Source of the DNA: Candidatus Xenobia bacterium | GTDB taxonomy: Bacteria; Vulcanimicrobiota; Xenobia; Xenobiales; QWHO01 | Assembly (NCBI GenBank): GCA_045863235.1 | Contig: BTUM01000083.1 | Location: forward strand, 1-34,438 | DNA length: 34,438 nt | Direction: 5' to 3' | Part shown: positions 17,061 to 25,753 of the stretch, in pieces | Layout of the letters: the number at the start of each line of letters is the position of its first letter | Numbering within the stretch: position 1 is the first letter of the stretch | Notes under the pieces: model-generated | The model's database searches: none | Told to the model about the DNA's origin: nothing | The model's input: the letters and a program-made list of their open reading frames with translations, nothing else | Program-made: the position numbers and the translations under genes

Positions 17061-17717
17061 ATGATCCCTCAAATGGTCTTCCGTTACCGCGTCCTGGACG
17101 CGGCCAGCAAGAGTAAAGACGGTTTCATCGAGGCCGAGTCCGAGGATGCGGCCCGGCGCGGGCTTGAGCTGCAAGGTTACTTTGTTACCGAGCTGGGAGA
17201 GGCCGATTCCGGCACCCTGGAAGAGCTGGCCCGTCAGAAGGCCGCCGAGGAGCGATTTCGGCGACTCGAGGAGCTGGCCGCGCAGCCTCGCAAGCGCCGC
17301 TCGCCGGTGCCGCTGCTGGTCTTCTTGACCTTCCTGGCCATCGGAGGCTGGTTCGGCTACGAGAACTGGAAGGCACCGGTCCTTCGGCCCGATCCCAGCG
17401 TGCCCACACCCACCGAAGCGCGTCAGTACAAAGTGGTGGTGAGCGGCCGGGTGGATAAGCCGGTCGACCGCTTCACCTACCTGGCTTTCAGCTTTCCGGA
17501 GGTACCCGTTCAGTTCGACCAGGGTCTGCTGGACTTTGGCGAGGACGGAAATTTCAAGACCGAGTTGACCTTCTTCAGCTACAAGAAGCCCACCAAAATG
17601 GTGCTCAAGGTGACCCGGGGAGACTATCAGGACCGTGAGCTCGAGCAACCCCTGGAAGGCAGCGGCCCGCTCTCGGCGACGTTTCCTGCCGTCACCCTGG
17701 ACAAGACGCTGAAGTAG
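17061..17717 (+). CDS. bitopic membrane protein with PilC/GspF-like N-terminal motif
   Basis: FRYRVLDAASKSKDGFIEAESEDAARRGLELQGYFVTEL, one TM, beta-rich C-terminal domain; alternative start ATG 17073. Confidence 0.7.
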   Translation: MIPQMVFRYRVLDAASKSKDGFIEAESEDAARRGLELQGYFVTELGEADSGTLEELARQKAAEERFRRLEELAAQPRKRRSPVPLLVFLTFLAIGGWFGYENWKAPVLRPDPSVPTPTEARQYKVVVSGRVDKPVDRFTYLAFSFPEVPVQFDQGLLDFGEDGNFKTELTFFSYKKPTKMVLKVTRGDYQDRELEQPLEGSGPLSATFPAVTLDKTLK

Positions 17718-19212
17718 CCGGCTGGAACAGGGCTCTGAGGGCCTCGTGGGTGACCGGCTTCTCCAGCACCGGGAGCCCCAGAGTGGACCAGCCAGCTGGC
17801 TCGTGAAAGGCAGCCGGGAAGAGGGATAACAAGGCCAGGCCCGCCTCGGGGCGAAGCTCGCGGCAGGCCTGCAGGGGGCCGGCGATCTCCCCGTCGAGGG
17901 TGAAGAGATCGGCCAGCACCCAGTCAAGCGACTGCTTGGAACGCAGAACCCGCAGGGCCTCGCGCGGGGTGCGCGCCTCCAGCACCTGCGCTCCCAGGTC
18001 CTCCAACACGGCGCGCAGCACCTGGCGCTCGAGTCCATGCCTGTCGAGCAGCAGCACGGTGGCGGGCAACTCCAGGCGCTCGACGGGCTTACCTGGGCAG
18101 GGCAAGAAGAGCCGAAAGGCCGTTCCCAGACCCTGGCGGGTGGCCAGTCCCAGCTCGCCGCCCATGCTCCGGGTGAGCGAGTAGACCGTGCTCAGTCCCA
18201 GCCCCGTGCCCTTGGATTTGGTGGTGAAGAACGGCTCGTAGAGGTGGGGGATGATCTCGGGCGGAATTCCGCCCCCGGTGTCCCAGACCGTGATGACGGC
18301 GTAGCTCCCGGCGGGCAAGGAGAGACCTCGGCCCACATAGTCGGAGGGCAGGTCGATCCGGCCCGCCTCTACCCCCAGGTGGCCCTGGTCTTCCAGCGCG
18401 TCCACGGCGTTGACCACCAGGTTCATCACCACTTGCTCGAGCTGGGTGGGGTGCACCTCCACCTCCAGGCCCTCGGAGCCCACTTTCCAGTGAAGCTGGA
18501 TATCTCGGCTGAGCAGAGGGGTGATCAGCATCTTCATGCTGGGCAGCCAGTGGTTGAGATCGAGCTGCTGAGGGGCTTCGCCGCGCTGGTCACGGGCGAA
18601 CTGCAAGAGCTGGTTGACCAGGCTGGAGGCCTTCTGTCCGGCCACGGCGATCTCTTCCACGTTGGAGCGCATGCGCTGGTCCTCGGTCAGCTTGAGCAAG
18701 ATCTGGCAGTTGTTCAAGATGACGGTGATCAGGTTGCGGAAGTCGTGCGTCATCCCGGCCGAGACCCGACCGATGGCCTCCATCTTCTGGGCCTGAAAGA
18801 ACTGTTGCTGGCTCTGGTGGAGACTTCGCTCGCTCTTGAGCCGTTCCACGTTGTAGCGGATGGTCCGATAGAGCTGGCCGTGCTCAAACTCGCTCAAACA
18901 GAGATGATCGTGGGCGCCGTGACGGAGCGAGGCCAGGCCCAGCTGGTGGTTCAGGTCCTCGGTCAGGACGATCAGGGAAGACCAGGGTGTTCGGCGCTTG
19001 AGCTCGCTCAGCGAGCCCAGTCCCTCAGGGGTGGCCTCCAGGTCGATCAAGAGTGCGTCGAAGGGCTCCTCCTTGAGGTAATCGATGGCGTGCTCCCAGT
19101 CGTGGGTGGTGACCAGGTCGCACACGATCACCCCGCCGAGGGCCTGTTCGACGGCCTCTTGCAGGGGGACGCTCCGGCTCAGGAGCAGCAGGCTGAGGGG
19201 GATGGAGTACAC
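17692..19212 (-). CDS. cytoplasmic hybrid histidine kinase (REC-HisKA-HATPase-REC, CckA-like core)
   Basis: QAQKMEAIG..THDFRNL, QVVMNLVVNAVDA, DTGGG, EPFFTTK..GTGLGL; atypical receiver domains at both ends. Confidence 0.9.
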   Translation of the reverse strand: MYSIPLSLLLLSRSVPLQEAVEQALGGVIVCDLVTTHDWEHAIDYLKEEPFDALLIDLEATPEGLGSLSELKRRTPWSSLIVLTEDLNHQLGLASLRHGAHDHLCLSEFEHGQLYRTIRYNVERLKSERSLHQSQQQFFQAQKMEAIGRVSAGMTHDFRNLITVILNNCQILLKLTEDQRMRSNVEEIAVAGQKASSLVNQLLQFARDQRGEAPQQLDLNHWLPSMKMLITPLLSRDIQLHWKVGSEGLEVEVHPTQLEQVVMNLVVNAVDALEDQGHLGVEAGRIDLPSDYVGRGLSLPAGSYAVITVWDTGGGIPPEIIPHLYEPFFTTKSKGTGLGLSTVYSLTRSMGGELGLATRQGLGTAFRLFLPCPGKPVERLELPATVLLLDRHGLERQVLRAVLEDLGAQVLEARTPREALRVLRSKQSLDWVLADLFTLDGEIAGPLQACRELRPEAGLALLSLFPAAFHEPAGWSTLGLPVLEKPVTHEALRALFQPATSASCPG

Positions 19213-19296
19213 CGGGCGGGGAAGTTCGGGACCACGGGGGCCTTTGTCCTGTTCCAGTGGCAGGCGGCCGGGTTTCTGGCCTCGAATTGCTCCCTG

Positions 19297-19812
19297 ATGA
19301 CGACTGACCTGGGGCGCGTGGTGCTCGGGCTGAACCTTGCCCGAATCTCGGTGCTGGTGAGCTTGCTGCTGTCAGCGCTCGCGTTTTACCTGGAGGCTCG
19401 TTCGGCGTGGTGGATCCTTGTCATGGCCCCGGGTGTCTTGCTCTGGCTGGCAGCTCAGGTCTTGTTCCTCTCCAGCCCCGCCGGTCGCGGTTGGGCTTTC
19501 GGGTCGGCGATCTGCTCGGCCCTGGCCACGGTCGGGGTTCTCTTCTCGGCGGGGGCGATAGCCGCGCTGGTTCCGCTCTCCATCGTCCTGACCCTCTTGT
19601 TCGCCATGCGCGTGGCCTCCTACGTGGGCCAGCCGAAGCTGGCAAGAAGCGGAGGGCTGCTCATTCTGGGGCCCCTCGGCTTGCTTGCCATGGCGCTGAT
19701 CAGTCCGATGCTCGGTCTGGGCCTGATGCTGGTGATCATCTTCTGGCTGGCCTTCTTCTCGAGCGTGCTGGGGCAGGTGGCCCGGGCGGTCGAGGTCTAC
19801 CTGGAGAATTGA
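19297..19812 (+). CDS. hypothetical integral membrane protein (171 aa)
   Basis: ATG 19297 within ORF 18037..19812; almost entirely hydrophobic helices; fills the gap between convergent/divergent neighbours. Confidence 0.7.
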   Translation: MTTDLGRVVLGLNLARISVLVSLLLSALAFYLEARSAWWILVMAPGVLLWLAAQVLFLSSPAGRGWAFGSAICSALATVGVLFSAGAIAALVPLSIVLTLLFAMRVASYVGQPKLARSGGLLILGPLGLLAMALISPMLGLGLMLVIIFWLAFFSSVLGQVARAVEVYLEN

Positions 19813-19833
19813 GAACAGGTCAGGGGCGTCACG

Positions 19834-21792
19834 TCAGCGCCTCAGCCACTGCGGGTCGACCCACTCCAGCCCCGCGGCCACGTTCGGGGTGAGGACCCGC
19901 AGGTTGGTTCCGGTGCGCTCGATCGTGGCGGTCGCATAGTCTGCCGTCCAAACTCCCGGCGTCAGGTCATGAATGAAGCACAGGCGCAGACTGTCGGGTG
20001 CCCAGCGTGGCTGGTCGGCGTCGTAGGGCAGGTTGTTGAAGGCGCCCACCGTGCCCGGGCCGCCGGCAACGTAGGTGTAGGGGGCCACCAGCAGAGTGGT
20101 GTCCGAGCAGGCGATCCAGTTCCCGTCCGGTGAGTAGCTCGGGCATCTGGTCAGGCCCGAGCGAATGCTGGCCTGCCACGTCAGCGCGCGGGTGGCGGTG
20201 TCGTAGCCGATCTCCTTGAGCTCGTTGCTCAGGCTGTCGACCACCAGCAGCCGATCCCCATTGGGGTGAACGTCGAACCCGCTGCCCTGGGTCAGAGCGA
20301 TCGTGAACGGGGCACCGTTGAGCTTCTTGTAGCTGTTGGGGGCAAGCGTTTCCGGGTGGCTGCCGTCGGGATTGACCAGGTAAAGGTCCCAGTCGGTGGA
20401 CGAGTTGGTCAACGCATCCTCAAAGAAGATCTTGGTTCCCAGCGGGTGCCAGCGAATGATTGAGCTATATCGCGGCGGCCTGGCAACGCGAACCTGACCC
20501 GAGCCGTCCCGGTTCATAAGCCAGACCTCGCCGTTGCGCGAGAAGGCAACCTTGGTTCCATCGGGAGACAGCACGGGGTAGCGGTCCTCGGTGCCCGGCG
20601 CCTCGGCCAGGCGGCGGGGGGCCGTGCCGTCGGTGTTCATGGTGTAGAGGTCGTAGACCCCCGGCCCGCGACTGGAGCTGCTCACCAGCAACAGCTCCTT
20701 CTCGAGGGTCTCTACGGTGCCGGTCGAGCCCACGATGGCGGTGACTGCGCCGCCCTTGAGGTCGGTCACCAGGCAGGAGAGGTGGTACTGCTGGCCGGCC
20801 GTGGCGCCGGGCGGAGGAGCCCACTCCCAGAGCGACACCCAGGCGTTGGCCGTCTGATCCCAGCTCATCCGGGTCACGGCGCTGGTCGAGAAGGCGCCGC
20901 CGGGGCTCTCCTGGCAGCGCCACTGGCAAAAGAGGGGATCGCCGTCGGGATCTCTGGCCTCCACCTGCAAGCTCAGGAAGCGCCCCAACTGCACGGTTGC
21001 ATCGACGCCGGCGGGTAGCGTGCCGGGCAGCGGCTGCGGTAGGACCACAACGCTCCCGGATACTTGCGGATCGACGTTGGCTCCCGAAGGGAATGGAGGG
21101 GGTGGAGCGGGAGCAGCCGCAGGGGTGGAGCGGCCTTGCAGCAGCGTCAGGCCAGTCCCGCCCTCCACGCCCGAAACCACCCGTACCAGGCCGTTCTGAC
21201 CCACCAGCACGGTCACCGGGTGATGCAGGTTGTCGACCTGAAACGACGGCCCCCCGGCCACCGAGGCGGTCGCGTAGGTCAGGCCCGCGCACGCAAGCAG
21301 GCGGTAGGTTCCGTCGCCATGTGGAAGGTTCGAGACCACCGCGCCGCCGGGCGTAAACACCAGCACCGGATCGGCCGGGAAAGGAAGCGCCCAGTTCCCG
21401 CTCAAACTGAAGGATGCGCCGCTCATGGCGGCGACGGGAGCGCGCGACCAGGCCGGGCCCGGCCAGGTCCCGGCCACCAGGTAGGTGTCGGCTGTTTCGT
21501 CAGCCCGCTCGATGGTGCGCACAATGCGGGGAAGGCTCTCCCCCTCCATCACGTAGAGCGACTGGGTGTGCGGCACCGACCCGTTGGCGCTGGGCAGACA
21601 GACCGCCACGGGAATCTGCTCGGCCAGGGCCCGCTGGCGAGCGGCCCGCAACTCGGAAGCCAGCAGCTCGGCCGCCGCCCTTGTGCCCCCGCGCTCCTTT
21701 GCGCCCGGGCTCGCGGTCAGCGCCAGTCCGGCCATGACCGTCAGCAGGGCCAGCAAGACAAGCATTTCGGCCAGGCTAAATCCGCGTCTCAT
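19834..21792 (-). CDS. FimU/GspH-like prepilin fused to Ig-like domain and TolB-like (PD40) beta-propeller
   Basis: MRRG|FSLAEML, LASELRAARQRAL, LVFTPGG; ARDPDGDPL..W..VTDLKGG; DLYTMNTDG, PVLSPDGTKVAF, PSYSPDGNWIA, PRWAPDS. Confidence 0.85.
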   Translation of the reverse strand: MRRGFSLAEMLVLLALLTVMAGLALTASPGAKERGGTRAAAELLASELRAARQRALAEQIPVAVCLPSANGSVPHTQSLYVMEGESLPRIVRTIERADETADTYLVAGTWPGPAWSRAPVAAMSGASFSLSGNWALPFPADPVLVFTPGGAVVSNLPHGDGTYRLLACAGLTYATASVAGGPSFQVDNLHHPVTVLVGQNGLVRVVSGVEGGTGLTLLQGRSTPAAAPAPPPPFPSGANVDPQVSGSVVVLPQPLPGTLPAGVDATVQLGRFLSLQVEARDPDGDPLFCQWRCQESPGGAFSTSAVTRMSWDQTANAWVSLWEWAPPPGATAGQQYHLSCLVTDLKGGAVTAIVGSTGTVETLEKELLLVSSSSRGPGVYDLYTMNTDGTAPRRLAEAPGTEDRYPVLSPDGTKVAFSRNGEVWLMNRDGSGQVRVARPPRYSSIIRWHPLGTKIFFEDALTNSSTDWDLYLVNPDGSHPETLAPNSYKKLNGAPFTIALTQGSGFDVHPNGDRLLVVDSLSNELKEIGYDTATRALTWQASIRSGLTRCPSYSPDGNWIACSDTTLLVAPYTYVAGGPGTVGAFNNLPYDADQPRWAPDSLRLCFIHDLTPGVWTADYATATIERTGTNLRVLTPNVAAGLEWVDPQWLRR

Positions 21793-22268
21793 GGGGCCCC
21801 CCGGTATTGGAGGCGCAGAAGCTCGAACGTGCGGGCGTCGATCTCGGCCTGCACGATGCTGCGGGCGGCCGGACGCGTGCGCTCGCCCAGCACGCCTTCC
21901 GAACGGATGCGGAGCAGGTAGTAGGGATCCTTGGCAGTGCGCACGTCTACGATGACGTTATAGCTCCCCACCACGGTGGTGGAGTCCACCGCCCGAACCT
22001 CTTCCGTGTAGGCGAAGACGTCCTGAGCGTCCCCGCCCGGCGGAGGATAGTAGAGAATGCGCGCGAGTTTGCCGCGCGCGTCGGCCAGCCCGGCCCAGGC
22101 CAGGGCGCGCGCTTCGGCGGCCCGGGCGGTCGCCTGGGTGGTCTTCATGGCGCCCTGGCTCTGACTCACCATGGCCACGCCCAGCAAGAAGAAGAGCGTG
22201 GTCAGCAGCAGCACGAAGACCAGCACCGAGCCTCTTAGGGACGCGGGCGATAGACGCGGCTCTTGCAT
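21789..22268 (-). CDS. PilX/GspK-like minor pilin
   Basis: RG|SVLVFVLLL (no E5), ARALAWAGLADA, LRIRSEG. Confidence 0.8.
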   Translation of the reverse strand: MQEPRLSPASLRGSVLVFVLLLTTLFFLLGVAMVSQSQGAMKTTQATARAAEARALAWAGLADARGKLARILYYPPPGGDAQDVFAYTEEVRAVDSTTVVGSYNVIVDVRTAKDPYYLLRIRSEGVLGERTRPAARSIVQAEIDARTFELLRLQYRGAP

Positions 22269-22813
22269 TCGAGCACTCTCCCTTCCAGGCTTACGGTCAG
22301 CGTGAGTTCCAGGTTGTCATCGCCCAGGCGCTGGCAGGAGAAGCTGTCGAATGGCTCTCCTGCCATCAGCCCGGTGGTGGTGCCCCCCAGAGTTGCCTCG
22401 CGCCAGATCTGGCGGCTCACCAGGTGGTAGCGGATGGTGGCCAGGCGGGCAGGGGGAGCGAGCACGAAGGGCGAGGTGGCCGGGAACGGGGGCTCGGGGA
22501 TGGGGTCGAAGTCGGGATCGATGAGCTGGAAGGTCAACTCATTGCTCGTCGAGCCCGGCCCGGGGTCGAGCACCGCCTGGCACTGCTCGAGCTCATCGCG
22601 CAGACTCTGAAGCAGGAGCAAGCCAGTGAGCGAGTCCTGGCCCTGCCTCTGCAGGCGTCGAAAGCTCGTGCCGTAGGCCTGCATGATCTGCCCGGTCATG
22701 GCGATGAGGAGCAAGAACAACACGAGCACGGTGAGCGCCTCGACCAGCGTGAAGCCGCGTGACCTCCTGTCGTCGCTCACGGGGCCGCTCCTGTCGTGGC
22801 GGAAAGCTCTCAT
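22235..22813 (-). CDS. PilW/GspJ-like minor pilin
   Basis: RSRG|FTLVEALTVLVLF; ATGA overlap with the upstream gene. Confidence 0.82.
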   Translation of the reverse strand: MRAFRHDRSGPVSDDRRSRGFTLVEALTVLVLFLLLIAMTGQIMQAYGTSFRRLQRQGQDSLTGLLLLQSLRDELEQCQAVLDPGPGSTSNELTFQLIDPDFDPIPEPPFPATSPFVLAPPARLATIRYHLVSRQIWREATLGGTTTGLMAGEPFDSFSCQRLGDDNLELTLTVSLEGRVLECKSRVYRPRP

Positions 22814-23568
22814 TGCAGCACGACCCGCACCTTCGCGCTGACCGGCTGCCAGCGATAGGACCCGCGCACCTCCAGGTCGACCATACCGGGCACGAGCTGC
22901 GGCGGGCCCAGGGGCGGGACGAACTCATGCTTGTAGGAGACCGAAGCGCCGTTACGAGTGGTGGCCACGAAGCTGCCGTTGCCGGTGATCGGGAGGGCGC
23001 TCCAATCGAAGGTCGCATCGGGGATGGGACGGCCTGCCCCGTCGAGCAAGCGCGCGGTCAACGTGGTCGTCTGGCTCGGGGCCACCGGGTCGGCCGCTCC
23101 CGAGCGCGTGATCTCGATGCTAGCGGGGCTCCGACCGGGCTCGTCGAGGTAAGTGACGAGCCGTACTGAGCGGCCAGAGGCCCAGGCGACCTCGACCTGG
23201 ACCGGCACTACCGTGCGGCTCAGGATAATCGGATCGGCCTCTTGCGCCTCCATGGTCGAGCAGGGCGCGAACAGCCTTCGTCCGTCCTCCTCCACCCTCA
23301 CGTGCGCCTGGAGGCCCGGGAAGTCGGGATCGGTGATCGTGCGGCCATCCCAGGCGCTCCAATCGCTCGAGAAGTTGGTCGCCACCTCGGCCCAGCGCCG
23401 GATGTCCGCCAGCACGTTCTCGGCCAGCAGGCTGGCGCGGGCGCAGCTGTCAGCGCTCCGTGCAATCAGCAGGCTGCTGGAGATCAGCTGGGTCACAACC
23501 AGCAACACGGCAAACAGAAGGCCGACGGCCAGAACTACCTCGGGCAAGCTGAGACCGCGTCGAGTCAT
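22810..23568 (-). CDS. PilV/GspI-like minor pilin with C-terminal bacterial Ig-like domain
   Basis: MTRRG|LSLPEVVL, VQVEVAW; TTTLTARLLDGAGRPIPDATFDWS Ig-like pattern. Confidence 0.82.
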   Translation of the reverse strand: MTRRGLSLPEVVLAVGLLFAVLLVVTQLISSSLLIARSADSCARASLLAENVLADIRRWAEVATNFSSDWSAWDGRTITDPDFPGLQAHVRVEEDGRRLFAPCSTMEAQEADPIILSRTVVPVQVEVAWASGRSVRLVTYLDEPGRSPASIEITRSGAADPVAPSQTTTLTARLLDGAGRPIPDATFDWSALPITGNGSFVATTRNGASVSYKHEFVPPLGPPQLVPGMVDLEVRGSYRWQPVSAKVRVVLQ

Positions 23569-23574
23569 CGGGTC

Positions 23575-23583
23575 ATTTTAGCA
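23575..23583 (-). promoter_or_regulatory. extended -10 promoter (TGcTAAAAT) for the leaderless minor-pilin operon
   Basis: TGCTAAAAT followed by 6 nt and the ATG at 23568; no SD. Confidence 0.6.
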
Positions 23584-23634
23584 TGTCCGGGTTGAGAGAT
23601 CGCCTACTGGACCTGGCAGATGTTACGAGATTGC

Positions 23635-25746
23635 TCACAGGTTCAGCAGCGCCCTCTGGCGCAGCTCCTCGAGCACGATCGAAGGCTCCATACCCAGCTC
23701 TCTTCGCAACAGTTTGCGGGCAAGCTCGTACTGGCGCACGGCCATCTCAGCCCTCCCCTCGGCCAGGTAAACCTTCATGCTCAGCGTGTGGCCATCTTGA
23801 CAGCAGGGATCATAGCGCAAGATGGCCGAGGCACAATCCTGGGACTGCTGCAGTCGCTCATGCTGCAGGGCCAGCAACCCGAGTTGGCGCAGCACCGCGA
23901 TGAGCCGCTGCTCGAGCCCGACCCGGTAGTCGAGCGCCCACTGGTGGTAGCAGCCCTCGAGGTAGGTACCGCGCAGCAGCGGCAAGATGCGGCCGAGTTG
24001 CTCGAGGGCCGACTCGGATTGACCCGCAGACTCAAGTCGCGGAGCCTCGGAGAGGGCTCGCTCGAGCTCTTCGAGGTCGTGCCAGTAGGGCCACTGGCGG
24101 TCGAACTGGAGGAACTCGCCCTGACGCGACAAGTAGTCGAACTCGCCGTTCCAACTCGGCGGCCGCAGGCATTTGCGCAGGATGGACGTCGCCTGGGAGA
24201 GATTCTTGCGGCCCCGCTCCACGTTCTCGGGCCAGAAGTCCTCCACCAGTTGATCCACCACGAAGCGCCGACCCGGCTGCGAAGCCAGCAGCGCGAAGAG
24301 ATAGCGCACTTTCTGGCTTCGCCACGACTTCTCGTCTACTATGTCCTCACCCCGGTAGACCTCAAAGGCTCCCAGCGAGTACATTCGCAGGATCGGAGGC
24401 TGCTGGTGCTCGACGTCCCGTCCGAAGCGCTGAAGGGCCCGCTCGGCGGGCGTCGAGCCGGCCTGGCGCCAGGCGCGTAGGGCGGGCAAGCACCAGGGTG
24501 TGCAGCGCATCAAGACTTCCTGGTTCTCTGGCGATAGCAGCGGCCCCAGAGCCTCGTCGTCGCGCACTCCGGCAAGCACTGCCGCGGCGAGTCGGGCACG
24601 CGCCTCCTGGGCCGGGAAGCGCAGTTGAGCGAAGAGCTCGCAAGCACGGCGCGCATAGCTGGCATTTCCAGTGAGAAGGGCCGCCTCGACGCAGGTCGAG
24701 GCATACGGGGAAGAGCCGAGCAGGCGCGCCTGCTCGGCGGCTTGATCGGCCAGCTCGACCATTCGATGCAGGCGGGCTCGCGTGAGCAGGGCCTGCACCC
24801 CCTCCCAGCTCGGTCGCTCGGTGAGCAACGGGCTGGCCAGAGCCAGGGCGGCGTTACGAGGGTCTCCCGCAGCCTCCAGGGCGCGGGCCAGGGAAAGCAG
24901 TGCCTGGCGTCGCCCGGCGGTGCACTCTTGCTCGGCCGGGGCATCGACCGCGTCGAGCACCTCAAGCAGGCGCGGCTCGAACCGTCCGGAGTTGCGGCTC
25001 TCCAGCGCCCGCGATAGAGCCACTCCGGCGATGGGCCCGAGCTCGATCGCCTCGATGGCTACCGCCGCGATCTGGGCCTCGAGGCGTGAGCCTTCATCCA
25101 GGCCGTCTAGATCCTCCACCAGGTTGCGCACCGTCTCGGGCAGAGAAGGGAGCAGGCCCTGCATCAGCTCCTCTCCTCCGGCCCGCTGGGCCGCCGCGAT
25201 CAGCGTGGCCATGCGCACGGCGGTGGCCTCTTCCGTTGGCACGCCCAGGTGTGCGCAGATCCGCGCCGCCAGATCGGCCGCCTCGAGTGGGTCGCGCGTC
25301 TTGAGCGTGCGCGCCAGCGACTCCACCGCCGTGAGCAGCGCCTTGATCAGCTCTGACTCGCGTGTGCTGTGCTGACGTTTCTGGCGCACGTCGGCCAGCA
25401 CGCGGTGGACCGATTCGAGGAATTCCTCAGCCATGAAGGGCTTGCGCAGGTAGTCACCCACGCCCAACTTCACGGCGCGCACCGAGTCGGCCTCGCTCGA
25501 GTAGCCGGTGATCACGATGCTGCCGATCCCCGGAGTCTGCTTCTGCACGTGCGCCAGCGCGTCCAGGCCGTCCATTCCTTCCATGCGGATGTCGGCCACG
25601 ATCAGATCGAACGCCGCCCCGCTGGCATGGTGCACAGCCTCCTCACCGCGCGAGGCGATGTGCACGCTGAACCCCTCGTCCTCCAGCACGCCCTGCAGCA
25701 CCGAGCGCAGGTCTGGATCGTCCTCCAGCAAGAGAATGCGGCTCAT
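23635..25746 (-). CDS. response regulator: REC + degenerate HD-GYP-like + helical region + wHTH/BTAD (SARP-like)
   Basis: ILLLEDD..DLIVADIRM..ITGY..YLRKPF; LRMYSLGAFEV..W.SQKVRYLFALL..FWP..LRKCL; RGTYLEG..W..DPCCQDGH..ELGMEPS. Confidence 0.88.
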   Translation of the reverse strand: MSRILLLEDDPDLRSVLQGVLEDEGFSVHIASRGEEAVHHASGAAFDLIVADIRMEGMDGLDALAHVQKQTPGIGSIVITGYSSEADSVRAVKLGVGDYLRKPFMAEEFLESVHRVLADVRQKRQHSTRESELIKALLTAVESLARTLKTRDPLEAADLAARICAHLGVPTEEATAVRMATLIAAAQRAGGEELMQGLLPSLPETVRNLVEDLDGLDEGSRLEAQIAAVAIEAIELGPIAGVALSRALESRNSGRFEPRLLEVLDAVDAPAEQECTAGRRQALLSLARALEAAGDPRNAALALASPLLTERPSWEGVQALLTRARLHRMVELADQAAEQARLLGSSPYASTCVEAALLTGNASYARRACELFAQLRFPAQEARARLAAAVLAGVRDDEALGPLLSPENQEVLMRCTPWCLPALRAWRQAGSTPAERALQRFGRDVEHQQPPILRMYSLGAFEVYRGEDIVDEKSWRSQKVRYLFALLASQPGRRFVVDQLVEDFWPENVERGRKNLSQATSILRKCLRPPSWNGEFDYLSRQGEFLQFDRQWPYWHDLEELERALSEAPRLESAGQSESALEQLGRILPLLRGTYLEGCYHQWALDYRVGLEQRLIAVLRQLGLLALQHERLQQSQDCASAILRYDPCCQDGHTLSMKVYLAEGRAEMAVRQYELARKLLRRELGMEPSIVLEELRQRALLNL

Positions 25747-25753
25747 GGGCGGG

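Noticed and set aside
8580..19296. Long N-terminal extensions in the ORF track (8580, 12015, 13775, 14515, 15360, 18037)
   Set aside because: They overlap neighbouring genes; downstream starts with stop/start coupling or motif boundaries fit better
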